From a virus, in the IMG/VR virus record IMGVR_UViG_3300032288_003197, positions 1-64,000 of that record: a DNA stretch of 64,000 nt; one strand, 5' to 3'. Below, in pieces: positions 63,082 to 64,000 of this stretch. The position numbers and the translations under genes were made by a program. Position 1 is the stretch's first letter. Each line of letters starts with the position of its first letter. The notes under the pieces were generated by a model, which ran no database searches, was not told where the DNA came from, and was given only the letters and a program-made list of their open reading frames with translations.

Positions 63082-63870
63082 TTATCGGTGTTGTTGAATG
63101 GCCTCGGCCAATTCTGGCGAGATTGACTCTGGTAACTGCGCTTGTAGTCGTACAAAAAGATCTCCTTGGTTGCTGTGCCGATCCTGAATCCCACGCCCGC
63201 GCAGACGCAGGGTTGTGCCGTTGGCAGTGAGTGGCGGAATTGTGACCACTAACCGGTGGCCGTCAATGTTGACAACTTCGGTTTCGCCGCCTAGAATCAT
63301 GTCCCAAACACTGGCACGGTGTTCTGTGGTGAGATTCAATTCATCTCTGCGAAACTGTGGGTGTGGTTGCACTCTGAATTCAATCACAAGATCTTGACCA
63401 CCGGGCGCAATGCCTTGATACTGCACCATGTCGCCGTCGTTGATGCCCCGGGGAATATCTATTTCTATGGTACTTTGGCCTTGCATGCTGCCCAGGGCCA
63501 CTTGCCTGCGGCCGCCGGTGACCACATCTCGCAGTGTGATCCACAAGCTCATTCTCATGTGATTGCGTCGGGGATGTTGGCCAGCAAAACCTCCCATGTG
63601 CTGCCCAAACATTTGATTGAGTATGTCGTTCATGTTGAACTGTGCACCAAAACCATTGGGAACGCCTTGAAACTGTGGTTGTGGATTGTCGTAGGCCCTG
63701 CGCTTGGCTTCATTGCCCAGCACATCATAGGCTGCTTGTATCTGCTGAAATCTAGCGGTGTCGCCACCTTTGTCGGGATGATGTTGACTGGCCAACTTTC
63801 TAAAAGCTCGCTTGATGTCATCTGCTGTAGCTGTTTTTGCAACACCCAAGGTGGCGTAGTGATCGGTCAT
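63082..63870 (-). CDS. DnaJ/CbpA-type co-chaperone
   Basis: J domain with HPD, G/F region, C-terminal domain, no Zn finger. Confidence 0.93.
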   Translation of the reverse strand: MTDHYATLGVAKTATADDIKRAFRKLASQHHPDKGGDTARFQQIQAAYDVLGNEAKRRAYDNPQPQFQGVPNGFGAQFNMNDILNQMFGQHMGGFAGQHPRRNHMRMSLWITLRDVVTGGRRQVALGSMQGQSTIEIDIPRGINDGDMVQYQGIAPGGQDLVIEFRVQPHPQFRRDELNLTTEHRASVWDMILGGETEVVNIDGHRLVVTIPPLTANGTTLRLRGRGIQDRHSNQGDLFVRLQAQLPESISPELAEAIQQHR

Positions 63871-64000
63871 AGAAAAGGCCCTGTGTGTTTAATTATACAG
63901 GGCCTGTGTGGATGAGTTAAAACTTATTTCTTTTTGGGATCGGGTACTTTTTCAGCGTCTTCTAGTTTCTTGTGTGCTTTGACTTCTTTGCAATTTTGTT

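Overview
A 64 kb segment of a large T4-like/jumbo dsDNA phage genome, coded almost entirely on the minus strand in the standard genetic code. TATAAATA late-promoter motifs and TTGACA-17-TAnAAT sigma70 promoters are both present. The host is plausibly a freshwater betaproteobacterium (inferred from the tmRNA tag ANDEQFALAA and Bug/TctC and DctP solute-binding proteins). The left end (0.3-6.4 kb) is a dense tRNA/ncRNA array with 20 canonical tRNAs, one atypical tRNA, a manA RNA, several unassigned structured RNAs and HNH endonucleases. It is followed by a permuted two-piece tmRNA, solute-binding proteins, two more tRNAs and a tandem family of MNERI...FGVEE mini-genes. Next come a 5'-3' exonuclease, a 7-deazaguanine pathway (folE, queD, queE, DpdL-like, TGT/DpdA-like, no queC seen) interleaved with nucleotide-sugar genes, and the clamp plus DNA polymerase B. 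The right end holds putative internal virion proteins (including a 1368-aa polyvalent protein), Dps, ClpA and DnaJ. Main discovery candidate: two unannotated leader-peptide transcription attenuators (4031-4141 and 6603-6680), each directly upstream of a tRNA block. Their codons match the anticodons of the tRNAs downstream, suggesting a circuit that senses tRNA depletion through ribosome stalling and switches on phage tRNA supply. All assignments were made by eye; no searches were run.
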